Positions 25,503 through 38,300 of a stretch of 64,000 nt of DNA are shown piece after piece. Under the pieces are notes generated by a model. The model searched no databases and was not told where the DNA came from. It saw only the letters and a program-made list of their open reading frames with translations. Location: positions 62,001 to 126,000 of the forward strand of contig NOWV01000175.1 in assembly GCA_003344405.1 (NCBI GenBank), given 5' to 3'. The stretch comes from Trichoplax sp. H2 (Eukaryota). The position numbers and the translations under genes are program-made. The stretch's first letter is position 1, and each line of letters opens with the position of its first letter.

Positions 25503-28500
25503 TTAATTATCTAATACAACAGTACTTGCGGTAATTTTCGCACCACCATTACTTGTTATGTCTGTCGATGGCGCCATTGCGAGATGTGTTAGGACTGAAC
25601 TTGCAACAGTCTCAGCGTCACTAACACTATCTATAAATGCGTGCCGCGTAAGAAATGCAATGTTAATGATATATCGAATGGTAAAATAGCTGAATCTATA
25701 TATATATATATAATAAGACGAGCATCAATCTTTTACCAGATAAATGTTCCTTTCGAGGAGCAATGCTTCCATTTTGATATGCAATTAGCAAACTCTTAAG
25801 ATGAGCAACTTCACTTCGCAGTTTTGCAGCCTCGGCCTATGATTAACGACGGAGTTGAGAAAAATAGTATAAATCATCAAGTCCTATACACAACAAGTAC
25901 TAGCTCTTACAAATGAAGCTTAAAATGTATTCTTTGTACCTGTAGTGAACTATTTTTATCAGACAGTTCTTTCACTTTTTTATCAAGACCTGATATCCAG
26001 GTTTTTTTCTTTTCACGACACCTAGTAGCTGCTGCTCGATTTCTTTCTAAAAATCTTTGACGTTTTTCCTCTGGATCCAAATCTTCTTGACTGCGTCGAG
26101 CTCTTTTTCTATAATAGTATTTTTTTTTTAATTTAATAGCTTATAGCAAATCCTAGCTCAATTAAAACGCTACTAGAATTTGAACAACAAATAGCGTACG
26201 TTCTATGAGGTCCATTAGTAACTGCTTCTGACTTTCTGACCGGCGTATCATTCGTAGAAACAGCCTTTACAACCGCGGTTGGAGCTTTTGTTACCTTGTT
26301 GACAATATCCAACGTTTTTGATTTTGTTACTTGCGGAGTTTTACTACTAGCAGTGCTTGCACTAGTTTTGATTGCTTTAACCCGTAAACTATGTTGTAGC
26401 CTCTGTTATAGAAACATGAGAGCCATTATTTAGCATTGTAATCAAAAAGTGATTGCCAACTGCAATATTGATTGCTGTACTATGTACGATGGCAAGCGTA
26501 GCTACGAATGTATAACTAATACAATCAGCGCGTACAATTTTATCATGAAAGACAAACACAGTCCATAACAATAAATAATACACTGTACAGAGTACTATCC
26601 TACCTCTTTAGCGCTAACAACGGTAATACTATTTAGAGCACCGTTGTTGACAGGCTGCTGGGATAGCTGTGCTGTTACTGTTTTCGTTATTGTAGGAATT
26701 GAATGAGAAATAGATTGTTGCGTCGCAGTAGTCGCAATTGGATTCGCTACAACAGTAGCAGTCGATGCGCTAGTCGTATTACCAATGGATTCTATTACAG
26801 GTTTAATTGTTGATTTTGAAGGAAGCAAAGTTGCAATACTAGTAGGTGATATTGGAACTGGGCTAGGTTGTTGGGATAAGCTGGTTAACGCTGCGGCAAC
26901 ATCGTGTTGCGACGAATCTCGCACTATGTCAAAGCAAGTTCATTCAAATTAAAACATAATTTGTTTGCATCAGATTGACGATATCAAATCCAAATGTATA
27001 GACATGTCATCAACCGATTGCTATCGTAGACTAGCATACATTGTCATAGACACTATCTCAGACACGGGCGATAACATTGATTCGAGTTTGTTACAGCAGT
27101 GATTACTATTTTAATATTCATGATGGTATTTAGTCAATATAGACACAACAACATTGCAAGTACTCGTTCGTAATGTAGACTAAGGCTAATATGTTGCCAA
27201 AAAATTCAAATTCAACTTATTCAATATGAACAGACATACATTTCATAGTAGCCAAAACACCAGATGCGATAGCAGCACTTGGATCTGCCTAAAAACGTGA
27301 TAATGATTGTTGCACAATTAATAACACTAGCTAGTCAAAATTGGCCAACATTGAGTTCTCCAGTTTGTTGAACGAAGTATGCTAAAAATCATCCAATTAA
27401 GTACCCGATCAACAGCTGCTTTCGCAAAAGTTGCTTCAAATGGATTTTGCAAAGCGTCTTCTAGGCCAGCTTCTTCAAATGCCCTTAGGAATCTACTCGG
27501 TGTAGGTGTTTGATCTAATTTGAAAACAACATAATACACCTTAATAAGGACACCATACTTGATGCAATTTGTCATACTACAGTATGATGAAGTATCTTGA
27601 TATTCAATTTACGTGATAAGCTGACTACTGACAACACCAACATAATTAGTCTATTCTATGGATTGCCTTCACTCAACGCAAGCTTATACTCGTGCAGTAA
27701 CAACCAGCTTGTCACATATAATACCAGATTGATTGATCTATGCGTAACGTCAAGTATGCTTTATTAGCTGATCATTTCGGTGTCATTCAACTGATTGCAT
27801 AGTCGAAAACCGAAAGCTAGTGCTAATTTTCGTTTCACAAAAGCTAATATAAAGGGTTGATTATCGATTTCGTTGCAACCGATTGGCTCTTCCTTTGAGG
27901 TATAACCGATATAAAAAGTAATTCTTATTCCACTACCTGAACATCTTCATCTCCAGGTATGCCATTTAATGGATATCCTTCATCATCCAATGTTGCCATT
28001 TAACCCTGACCCTCAAATTAGTATTCCTTGTTGAGGATATGGTCAAATCATGTTGTCATTCGATCTACACGCGCCTCTTAACAGATGGTAACGAGCAACA
28101 TTCAATGTATCATCATTCTGAATCTTATTCTTTCTGATGATTGTGAGAAGATTGTACACGGCACACAATTATCGCGTTTAGCGGAATTTCGACCCAGTTG
28201 CATCGTTGTTTGAATAGAATGGAGGATTTCGTCAGCTGTCTGCAGGTAAACTGCCGTCGAGTTTAGTCCAGTACAGTAGGGGGAAAAAGCGACGTCGGGT
28301 ACAGTACATAGTACTCGACCTACAGTCCAGTACAGTACTGTAGACTACAGTGTACAGTACCGAATTTTTTCTTCATCTCTACTGTACTGTACAGTATGCG
28401 ACGTCGAGTACAGTCCCGTAGAGTACTGTAGGCTACAGTGTACAGTACCGAATTTTTTCTTCATCTCTACAGTACAGTATGCGACGTCGAGTACAATCCC

Positions 28501-29876
28501 GTAGAGTACTGTAGGCTACAGTGTACAGTATCGAATTTTTTCTTCATCTCTATGCCAAATCTTGTCATAATGTTCAGTACAGTTGTATTAGTATACTGTA
28601 CTGTATTATCTACTAGGTAGACAGGCAATGTGGAAAATAAGTGTCCGGTACTATACAGTGTGTAGACTACACTGCAGTGAAACGTCTTCTGCTCACAGTA
28701 CTGTATTGCGAACCAATACTGTACTGTACAACAGTAGAAACCTTTTTACACGTACTGTATTGTACCGTACTGTACAGGAGGGGGTAGAGGAAAATCGTGC
28801 TGTGATCCAATTTTCAGCAATGCACAAAACGAAGCGCGGTTTTATGCCGACATGGATGTACAAATGCAAACTTTAGTCCATGACAGCAAAATGTTCATTA
28901 TTTTGAATGATATTAATAGTAAACATGCTGTTCAATCGATTCTATTGTGCTAAGAGTAAAGGAGTAAGCTAAACATTGCAGCCATGTGCTGGCTGTCATA
29001 ATGCCATACGTACCAGGTAAAGCGGATGCTGGTGTATCGCTGCTCGCCCGATTAGCGCACTGGATCTTGAGGTTGCTTGTGTGACGCTTCTGATGAACCT
29101 CTAGATGATCCATATTAGTAAAGCTCTGTAGTGAGGAGAGAAAAGCAATGATAGCGATTAAAATAGAATCCATCCATGTATTTCTAGCTTGTTATACACT
29201 CAAGTGCTTAGTATTCGATCATGCATGCTTCAACAATTGTTGATGATCGATCAACATGACAACACTGCATTGCAGTCCAGTCACAATGCTATTTTGAAAC
29301 GTTCAATTCAAATACACTATGAGGACAATCAAGTGTCCAAGTGGTGGTGTAGGTTAGTGGAGAGAAGATTGTATCCAACTACTGAAATCACACTGCAGTG
29401 ACCTTCTATCCTTGAAAGTCGATCGATCAAATGATATTGCTGATACAGAGTTTCACTATAGGAGTACTGTAGAGAAGGGAGTCATTTCAAGCATGTGCTT
29501 GATGGGCAACGCCAGAACGCGTCGAAATACCATTGAAAGACAAAGTGTTTCAAAACATCACCGAGACGCCTAGAGGGAGAAGAGGGCCAATTCTGTCTCA
29601 CTCCAATATGGTATACTAAAGTGAGAAGGAATGGACATGTCGGCGTCGTCCTTCCAAGGACATGCAGTTTTTTGCAGCACAATTGACTCAATAACATCCT
29701 CTTTGAACTGTATTGATTTACAATGATGAAAAAGACGCGGCAACAACAATGTCCTATCAAGTGAATCCTTTTACAAAGTTACTTGTTCATCTTTTCTATA
29801 CAAGATTTTGATTCGTTTTTACCTCTTTACAGCCTTCTATCGGACATTGAAATGGCTTATCATCTACCTCGGACAT
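25503..29876 (-). CDS. ATF2: ATF2/ATF7/CREB5-family bZIP transcription factor with N-terminal C2H2 zinc finger
   Basis: Exon 29876-29823 MSEVDDKPFQCPIEGCKE joins exon 29125-29014 SFTNMDHLEVHQKRH... (zinc finger). Exon 27514-27405 gives DQTPTPSRFL..EEAGL...NPFE (T69/T71-type MAPK sites). bZIP: DPEEKRQRFLERNRAAATRCREKKKTW...LRSEVAHLKSLL. C-terminal AETVASSVLTHLA; stop 25503-25505. Probably co-orthologous to vertebrate ATF2/ATF7/CREB5. Confidence 0.93.
28290..28552. repeat. ~83-88 bp tandem repeat (about 3 copies) built from TACAGTA-type words
   Basis: GAATTTTTTCTTCATCTCTA at 28362, 28450 and 28533. Confidence 0.85.
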
Positions 29877-30260
29877 ATTTACATAAACCAAACAGACTAT
29901 TTCCTACAACGATAACAAAACTGATACCGCCGAATGGACTCTTGAACGTGGAAGAATTGGACCACCAGTGAGCGATTCAAATCCAATCCAAATGGATAAT
30001 TTTCTTCACTTTGTGAAATGATTGAATGTTCAATCACTTGGTAGCAAAGGCTACAACCAATGGAGCGTTTTTGCTGCAATGGCCAACGTTGATGACACCA
30101 ATAGAAGAGAGAGTACCACAACCTTAGGGTGTGCTAAATCACCTTGGATGGTAATGTTGACAATATTTAGCAAGGACTACGTAGTAGACTATTGAAATAT
30201 TTTTTCTGTGTGTACGCGTAATTTGGCTTGGCTCCGATGACAAAAACGGTTACGATGTGA

Positions 30261-30268
30261 TGACGTCA
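30261..30268. promoter_or_regulatory. Perfect palindromic CRE (TGACGTCA) upstream of the ATF2-like gene
   Basis: gatgtgaTGACGTCAca, ~385 bp 5' of ATG 29876. Related sites TGCGTCA (30333-30339) and TGACG (30343-30347) are nearby. Confidence 0.55.
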
Positions 30269-33200
30269 CACGAGCTGCAAGGCAGGCGCAGTAAAACAAA
30301 GATTGATTCGACGCCATACCGTAGCATAGCGTTGCGTCACGCTGACGACTTGGACTCGGACTCTAGGAGCGAGTGTCACGTTGTTCAACGTGAATTTTCT
30401 CCCTGTCCTACTGTGCTATTGTGGGTGGATAAGCTGATGTTTCAATCCCCAGTACTGTTAGTACGCTGTAGAAAAAGAGAAACGCTTTTATTTTTGCCTA
30501 TGGACCGTACTATCCAGTAGTATTGCACAGTGTCTTCAACCAACGCTTTCATTCCAGGGTGTCCTAAAATAGATTTTGACGACATCGCTAATCTACAGTA
30601 CGTCGAGTACAGTACAGTGACAATACAATTGCACTGAAGAGAGTGCTGTACACTGTACTGTACAGTGTACAGTATACAGTACCTTGCATATTGTACTGTA
30701 CTGTACCATGAAAAGAGGAATGGACAAGTGGACAATACAATGACAATACTGTACCATATTGAACTGACGAGAGTATACTGTACGCCTATTGCATATTGTG
30801 CCATGGAAAAGAGTAACCTGGGTAAGTGGGTATCCCTTTGGGAAAATAAAACCAACCTCTACAGAACTGTGCAATGGCACAGTTTACACTATCAAAATGA
30901 TTGTACGATGTACAGTACAGCAATGTTATTCTTGTAGCAGATAGGTTAATAAAAGTAGAAATGAAATTTGCTGCTATCTATTGTATGTCATATACAGTAT
31001 ATCCAGTAGAAGCATTTCTATACAGACACAGTAAAGGCAAAGACTGGACGTGCTCGAGTAGTCCACAAGCATGGTAAAACCGCAAAGGACAGCAAGACAG
31101 TGCACAGTACAGTCTTGACAGTGTACCGTACAATGTACTGTAACACGGGAAGTAGAATGAGAGGAAATAGTGCGGCCTGATTCATTGCCATGGCACCCTC
31201 CAAAAATAAAATGGTCTAGGTGAAATCAAGACTAAACTACCGGTATAGAGAAATAGTATATAGGAATTTCAACGGAATACAACTGGGATCTTTTAACGAA
31301 GGGGGTAACATCGAAAAGAAGCAGACTGTAGAGATACTGTACAATATACAGTACAGTGCATGACTGTGTGCTTCGGAAATATCAAACCGACAAGGATGGA
31401 AGATTAGTCGGAATTTTACTATACAGTTCAAAGACGAGAATGATAGCACGGTATGTCCAGTTGGTTTCAAAATACACATTGCAAGAAGCAATGAAGGATG
31501 ACAGTTGTACAGTAGTCACTGGATGGGCATATCGGCATACAGTACCTTGTTAAAGACTAATATCGACATTTTCAACAAGTGTATAGTAGTTACTAGCAAA
31601 TCAATCAATCACGGAATTGATTCACCAGTCCACGGTATAACGTATTTTATCCCCCTATGATAACGAATGCATTGCAGTTTGCATCTTTATGTGCAAATAG
31701 GTATCAATCCTACCTATGTAATGTCCATTTCCACTGTACTGTCTATGATACTACATCAACTTCCTGATGTTTTACAAGCCAGTACAATCAACTTGATTTT
31801 GAATCCAAATTCTTCACAGTCCTATCCATGTCCTGTTGTAGCGTCATCAAATACAATTTACCAACTGTAAAAGTAGGAAATAATTATTTCCCTAATTATT
31901 TTTCTCTACTTGAACTGAATGTTGCTTAGCACCAATGGAAAAAAGCTCTTCGTTGACAGCCTTTCAAATCTACTCAGTTCACAAATGGCAGCATTATGTA
32001 CAAGCAAAAGCGATAGCAAAAATAATGTCACTAATGCATGCTATAGTCTACTAGTACTTTACTGCCCTCCATTGAAAAATCAGCGAATGCATGACATCAT
32101 TTTTGTTTACTTGCCTTACTGCTAGGAATAATGAAGTGTAAACGCAGACTAACTACTGGTTTAGTAGTAGAGTATTAGTGGTTTTTACTCAGCTGATGGG
32201 CGCATCCATAAGAGCGAGTAAATTCCTTTTTCATCTGTTATGTAAATATCTGCGAGTGCACAACGGCTAAGAAAGCTGCAAACCCAATTCAACGATTTAA
32301 TCCTCATCGATCGTATCCTAATGTGCTCTGTATAGCTATCAGCTCTACTGGATATCACGACAGTCGTTTAAAGTAGCTCAAATATCCATTGGAATAGTGA
32401 TTCTAGCCGGGCCAAGACTGATTGAGCAGGCACACATACGATTATCCGGATAGTGCTATCGTTATCCGGATCAATTTTAAAAACTTTCATCAACAGAGAA
32501 TTGATTTTACCAGTTTGGAGAATTGCAAGTAAATATCAAAATCAACGCGTTCAAGGGACTTTTCGCCCAGGTTAGATTAGTCACGAGTACACTTAGCAAT
32601 ACGCGTAGATCCTAAACTTGAAAGTAGACGTTGCTATCGAATACATTAAAATTCTAGCTTATAAACTGTTCCAGTAATTGACATCATTTCAAGTATCAAA
32701 ATAAAACTTTCAACATGTACCAATCGTTGGTTAATGGATGAATGATCAATTAGTAGTACTGTACAATCGAAATAGTATCCAGTGGTTGTACTCTTTACCA
32801 TGATTCAATATCGATGATAAACGGCTAAAACTCGCCATCAAAGGTTCATTTCTTGCGGTAACATCATACTGTAGACTGTAATCACGGTCCTCTCAGCCTA
32901 TCCTCAACCGGTATTTTTACAGTATTGATCGGCGAAACAGATTTCAACAGGAATAATTAATCATCTAACATTGAATGTATTTTCCCATGCTTAAGTTAAT
33001 GCAATCGTATACTAATCCATTAAGTAGTTGAGTATTGCTATTATACTATCTACAGACTGCGATTGATCCACTCCTGTCGATATGTTGTACAAGTTATAAA
33101 CTCTCCAACAGTTAATTAAGGAGTTATAATATTGTATACAGTATAACTGTCAAGCACACTCGATATTAGTTAGCGATTCAATTCAATACAGTCTGAAGAC

Positions 33201-33285
33201 AAAATTAATTATAAATCGTAAATCACTATACTAGTCGTTTGCGATGAAGTACTAATCTGCTTACACTGATTGATACTGTTACAGG

Positions 33286-35143
33286 ATGTCGACGGTAAGG
33301 CGAGAACAAAGTGATCAGTCCGTTAACGATTCAAGGTTAGTAGAACACGACAATAAAGTAACCAGTAGTGTAGGAAAAAGCAGTTGTGATAGAACAAATT
33401 ATCGATAAATAACATCGTTATCAGATTATATTAATAGACTAACTGTTACCAATAAATTTTATATATTGTTTCAAATACGTAATGTCATGTAGGCCCCAGT
33501 CTAGAAGTAGTCTACCGAACGGAATCGAGCAGGTATATAGATATTACTACTCGTAAAAAAAACAATTCCGTATCGTATGTACGAAGTTGAGTCTTGCAAT
33601 ACTTTGCTATAGAACATCACTTTATAATTATTTCTAAGAGATAAATATCAATCACCGTTTCATTCCGTGTTGGCTGAAATGTTTATTTCTAATAATCCTA
33701 TTACCATTCCGACTCAAAGTATTATTATACCGCGTTTGACGTGAATGCAAGCGTACAGCGCGAAAGGTCTAGTAATCGTTTCTTATTTTAGGGTTTTGTT
33801 TTTTCTTCAGAGACGACCAAAGTCTGGCCAATTAGAAATACTACCACCAGATGGTAACAAATTTTACAAATATCTAAATAAGCATCTACTTCATCGACGC
33901 TATACTGAATTTTTACTATCGTAGATATGTTCACCCAAAAATTTGAAGTCATACAATAATTTGTTATAACGTTACATAGATTTATTTCAATCTTCTCAAC
34001 CTAAATTGCTTAACAAGCTCAACCCTTATGTCATAAATTAATGTACATAGCGCCGCACTATAAAAGATTATACAGTATTATTGTACCGAATTTCATTCCT
34101 TAAAACGATGAAGAATCATTGGGTAGTTATCTACGGTAGCTTAAAGTACGGTAGCATACGTACTTTAAAAGTAATATGAATTTGTAGTTACTTTAGCACC
34201 TCATTGCACCTAAAAATCAATCTCTGTATTGAACATCTCAAAGCCGAAAATGATTGATTCATTAGACGTACAAACCAAGACACTGGTTTCTTTTCATACC
34301 AAATCTAGATGAAAAAGTAAACGAAGTATGCGAGCAATTAAGTGAAACTGAACTGTCCGATGCTTCTTTGTCTGATGATTCTGCATCTGACGATGATTCT
34401 GCATCTGATATTGGGAATACTTCAAGCGCCTCTAATGGTATCCAAAATAACCATGTCAATTACAGAAATCAAAATGGTACTGTCATGACATCCGGACTAG
34501 ATCAACAACAATCGCCTCTAGAACTCATCAGCGATGTATGTCTATATAACTGTAAAGAAATTGATACACGATAAAAACTGTATGTTATCCTTTAATCATA
34601 ATGAATATTTCTTGTAGTTTTTGTTACAAATTATGAAAAGTAACGATGAGGAGATTCACTATATGTTACCCCTTAATAATATTTCATATTTCTTGTAGTT
34701 CTTATTACAAATTATGAATGGTAACTATGAGGAGGCTCAAAGGCTATGCGAGCAAAGTAAGTACTGTACTTATAAGTGCAAATGATAATGTACGCCCGTA
34801 TGTCTAGTTCATATAATGTTATATCCAAGCCTAGAATACATTAATAGTAACTTCTCGTGCTTGGATACGAAACAACTGAAATTGTTATAAAGATGTCTAT
34901 TTTGATATCATCATACGCGTAATATTATTACTATCGAAAACTTGTTTAGTTTTAGAGGTTGAACCCGACAACCAAACATGCCTTGAATATCGAGAAGTAT
35001 TGAAAGAAAGAATTCAACTTGGTTAGTTGAGTGGTGTCAATTATAAATTATTAAATGATCTTAATTGTGAAATGCGCTATTTCAATTCGATTACTTTTGT
35101 AGACATTGAACCAAGTGATGAAGATACTGAAGAACCGGATAAC

Positions 35144-35183
<40 letters not shown>

Positions 35184-35398
35184 GTAGTAGTTTGGTTACC
35201 TCATCTGATGAAGTCGACGATAGTTTAAGCGACTATGATACTGACGATCTTAGTGATGAAGAAACTTCAACATCAGACTCTGAAAGTAGTCCTAACACTA
35301 AATGTAACAAAATACGGCGTCCGACACCAGCAGTCCATGTTAATGTGAAAGATAGTAATAGCAAATCAAAGTATGAGCCAACCTTTCTGACAGTGTAA
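33286..35398 (+). CDS. ERICH2: Glutamate-rich protein 2-like protein (acidic; short TPR-like helical core), multi-exon
   Basis: Spliced core SPLELISD|FLLQIMNGNYEEAQRLCEQ|ILEVEPDNQTCLEYREVLKERIQL|D followed by a D/S-rich tail resembles the ERICH2 signature (PLEL..EFL...AKKLCQMIL.YEP.N). Upstream small exons MSTVRREQ.., PQSRSSLPNGIEQ and RRPKSGQLEILPPD are phase compatible. Confidence 0.75.
35144..35182 (+). repeat. (GAT)13 coding microsatellite (poly-Asp)
   Basis: 13 consecutive GAT codons in the last ERICH2-like exon. Confidence 0.95.
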
Positions 35399-38300
35399 CA
35401 TCTGTTTTGTTTTGTTTGTATTTAATGAGCTGTTAAGGATAAATTTTTTTATCATGCTCTCCAATACTTAACTATCAATTTATTGATAGCGTTTGTACAA
35501 AATTCAATGCTGTAAACATCTAATCAAGTATATTTTCATTTTTATATCAATCTACCATAATTAAAATTATGGGATTCTATCTATTCCCCCTATAACTTGC
35601 AATGTATAGAGATATAGGCTTATGCAATAGTAAGGTTAAGCAATCTTCCATTAGTATTAAGTCAATTCAACTTTATCTAATCAAACTGATATCACAAGCC
35701 TATATCCTAAAACTATGAGTGCCTGATACAGTGGCAGTTATGCAAAATAAATAAATGTATCAGGCATAGAAATCTCTATTGTTGTATTGAACTTCTGATC
35801 CTGATATTATAAACAATAAAGTTTAGTACTGAATATGACACGATAACAATCTACAGTAAACGTCAAAGATGCTTCTAATATTCAAGTCTCGTGTTTCGTT
35901 TATGAAAAGGATCTTCTATTATCAATTGAAATTTATTGCAAAACAGTATATAGACGTACAGTAGCAAATTAGTGAAAAAAGGTATGATAAAATTTTTCCA
36001 TTGGAGAATGAAGCAATTTATCATTGGTGAAATATGCTGTTCATTTTGAAAGCCATAAATAGATTGTAGTCATATTTTTAAATTCATTTCTTATCTAACA
36101 GAAGACGTAGAATATTGTTAAAATGTCACAATTCATTTTAACCCAACGATGTAAAATCGTCTATAAAAGTTAACCTATGACCTATCGAATATAATGAACG
36201 GCGCCATATTTATATTTAGCCTTAAAATTACTCAGTTATGCGATCATCTAGATACTTTGTAGGAATAGCGTAATATTCATTTAGTTTAGAATCAACTTCG
36301 ATTAAATTGAATAGAAATCAGGTCAGGAAATGATTTTGTTTATCAATAGGTATTTTATGCACAGATGACCATGAAATCCTGAACATATTATACGTATGAA
36401 TACACGCAGGCAACACCCCTCTAATTTTATTGTTCTCTACTATAGGCAGAAAGATAGAAAAAATTTATATATAAAACGTTGGGTTACACGATTACGCAAG
36501 AGAATTAAATCTTATTTTAATTAAAATCCAGAGTGAAAGGATAAATGTAGCAGAAACTTTCAAGTAATAGCAATATACGTAGAATATACTAGCCGAATTA
36601 ATGTCCAATCATTGCCATCTATATATCCAACTTTGCAGGACAGGATATCTAAAACAATAACGAGGGCATACAAATACACTGTGAAGATAATATTCGGTGA
36701 TCTTAATTAGTGCTAAACAAACTTCTCTATTATCAGCAAACAAAGGTAAAACAGTCAAGAAAATGAATAATAAAATTACTTAGTATGCAATAAAATCGTT
36801 AATATCAAGACTACTGAATTTATTGTACTCAGTTTTTATCAGCACCTTTTAAGAGTCCTTCATATGGCTATAAATATATATAATTACCTCGAGTTAAAAC
36901 GAAGCAGATAATAAAAAATATTTCAATACACACACGTGATATAAAAAAGCTTTCGAAGTTAAAGCAAAAGGAAATAAAGAAACTCCAAGGGCGGAAATCT
37001 CTTATTTTCATTGAAAGTAATGAAAGTTAACGTTTTCAGAACTTTTCCAATTCTAGTTATGTGTACAAGTGCTAGAAACAAAGAAACCCAGTAAAAACGA
37101 GCTTGATTGAATCTGTTCACAAGAGAATATTTTTAATATCTGAAATCTTCCCTATTTAAAATTCATATCCCATTGAATAGTTTCTTCTATTACTATCGGA
37201 TTTAAAAAAAAATTATTGTATAGAAGACATTTTCCCACGATACATCATTGTTACGTAGTAAACGATATCAAACTGAGCCTGAGACATATATACGAGTACA
37301 TATATAAAGCACAGCAGAAGACTTAAATAACGATGAAATAGCCTACAATGACTATAGAACGTATAAAATATACTTAAAAGTCGATACTTGATGACCATAC
37401 TACAGATATTAAGTACTGACGAAATGTAGCTTCTATAACATTTTAAAATAATTATACGTGGCTTATTTCGAATTAGAAATTCAAACAAACAGGTCTAGAT
37501 GAATTAATAGTTAGATAAGGCCATAGTAAATATTTTGGAATAATGTGCAATCTTAATAAGGGCAAGAATAAAGCTAACAGCAGTGATTTAAAAAAAACTG
37601 AATATTATAATGATCGTACAAGCAATAATCTATTCTCAATATCTGATATGTGATCAGCATGTCAGAGTGAAATTCTTTGTATCAGCGGCATTTAAATTGA
37701 TGATTACTTAAATTTTACTATTTACTCATTATCAGCCCCTAATACTGTGTAATGCACCTTAAGTAGTTTTCATATTACAGAGATCGTTGCAGCATCAAAT
37801 TAAAAAGCCAATTTTACATAATGTATTCGTCGTCACGAATTAATTTATAAAGTCATTTCAATCACAAAAAAATTCTTGATCAAAAGAATTATCTAGACAT
37901 TAATACATAGGTACATATTGCAGGAATTTCAATATTTATATTGAAAGAATAATTACCTTAAAAGGTAATACATTATTGCATAATTAGCATTTAAAAGAAT
38001 CGAAGAATGCATCGTTAAATATATATTATCTCACGTAATATTCAAATCAAAAAATAAAATCCGACTCGACATTACAGTATAACTCCCTCTGCATTAGTTC
38101 AGGACATTGAACACCTTGCCTATTATAAATAAATACTTTCAATTATGTGGATGCTACACTTATAATTAACAACGCATAGTAATATCATTTCACAATGGTT
38201 TAAGAACTAGCAATTGCATCAAATTTATACCGATACAAAATATTATGAGACTAGATGCTCGAAATAAATGAAGAATAAATACAATACTTGTTAATACCTT

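Noticed and set aside
30038-30075. GCSLCYQ as the first half of the ATF2 zinc finger
   Set aside because: A far better exon (MSEVDDKPFQCPIEGCKE|gtaaaa, 29876-29823) matches the family consensus and supplies the start codon.
30442-31553. Cluster of Y/C/T/V/S-rich ORFs
   Set aside because: Composition is explained by the TACAGTA-rich islands; no domain similarity.
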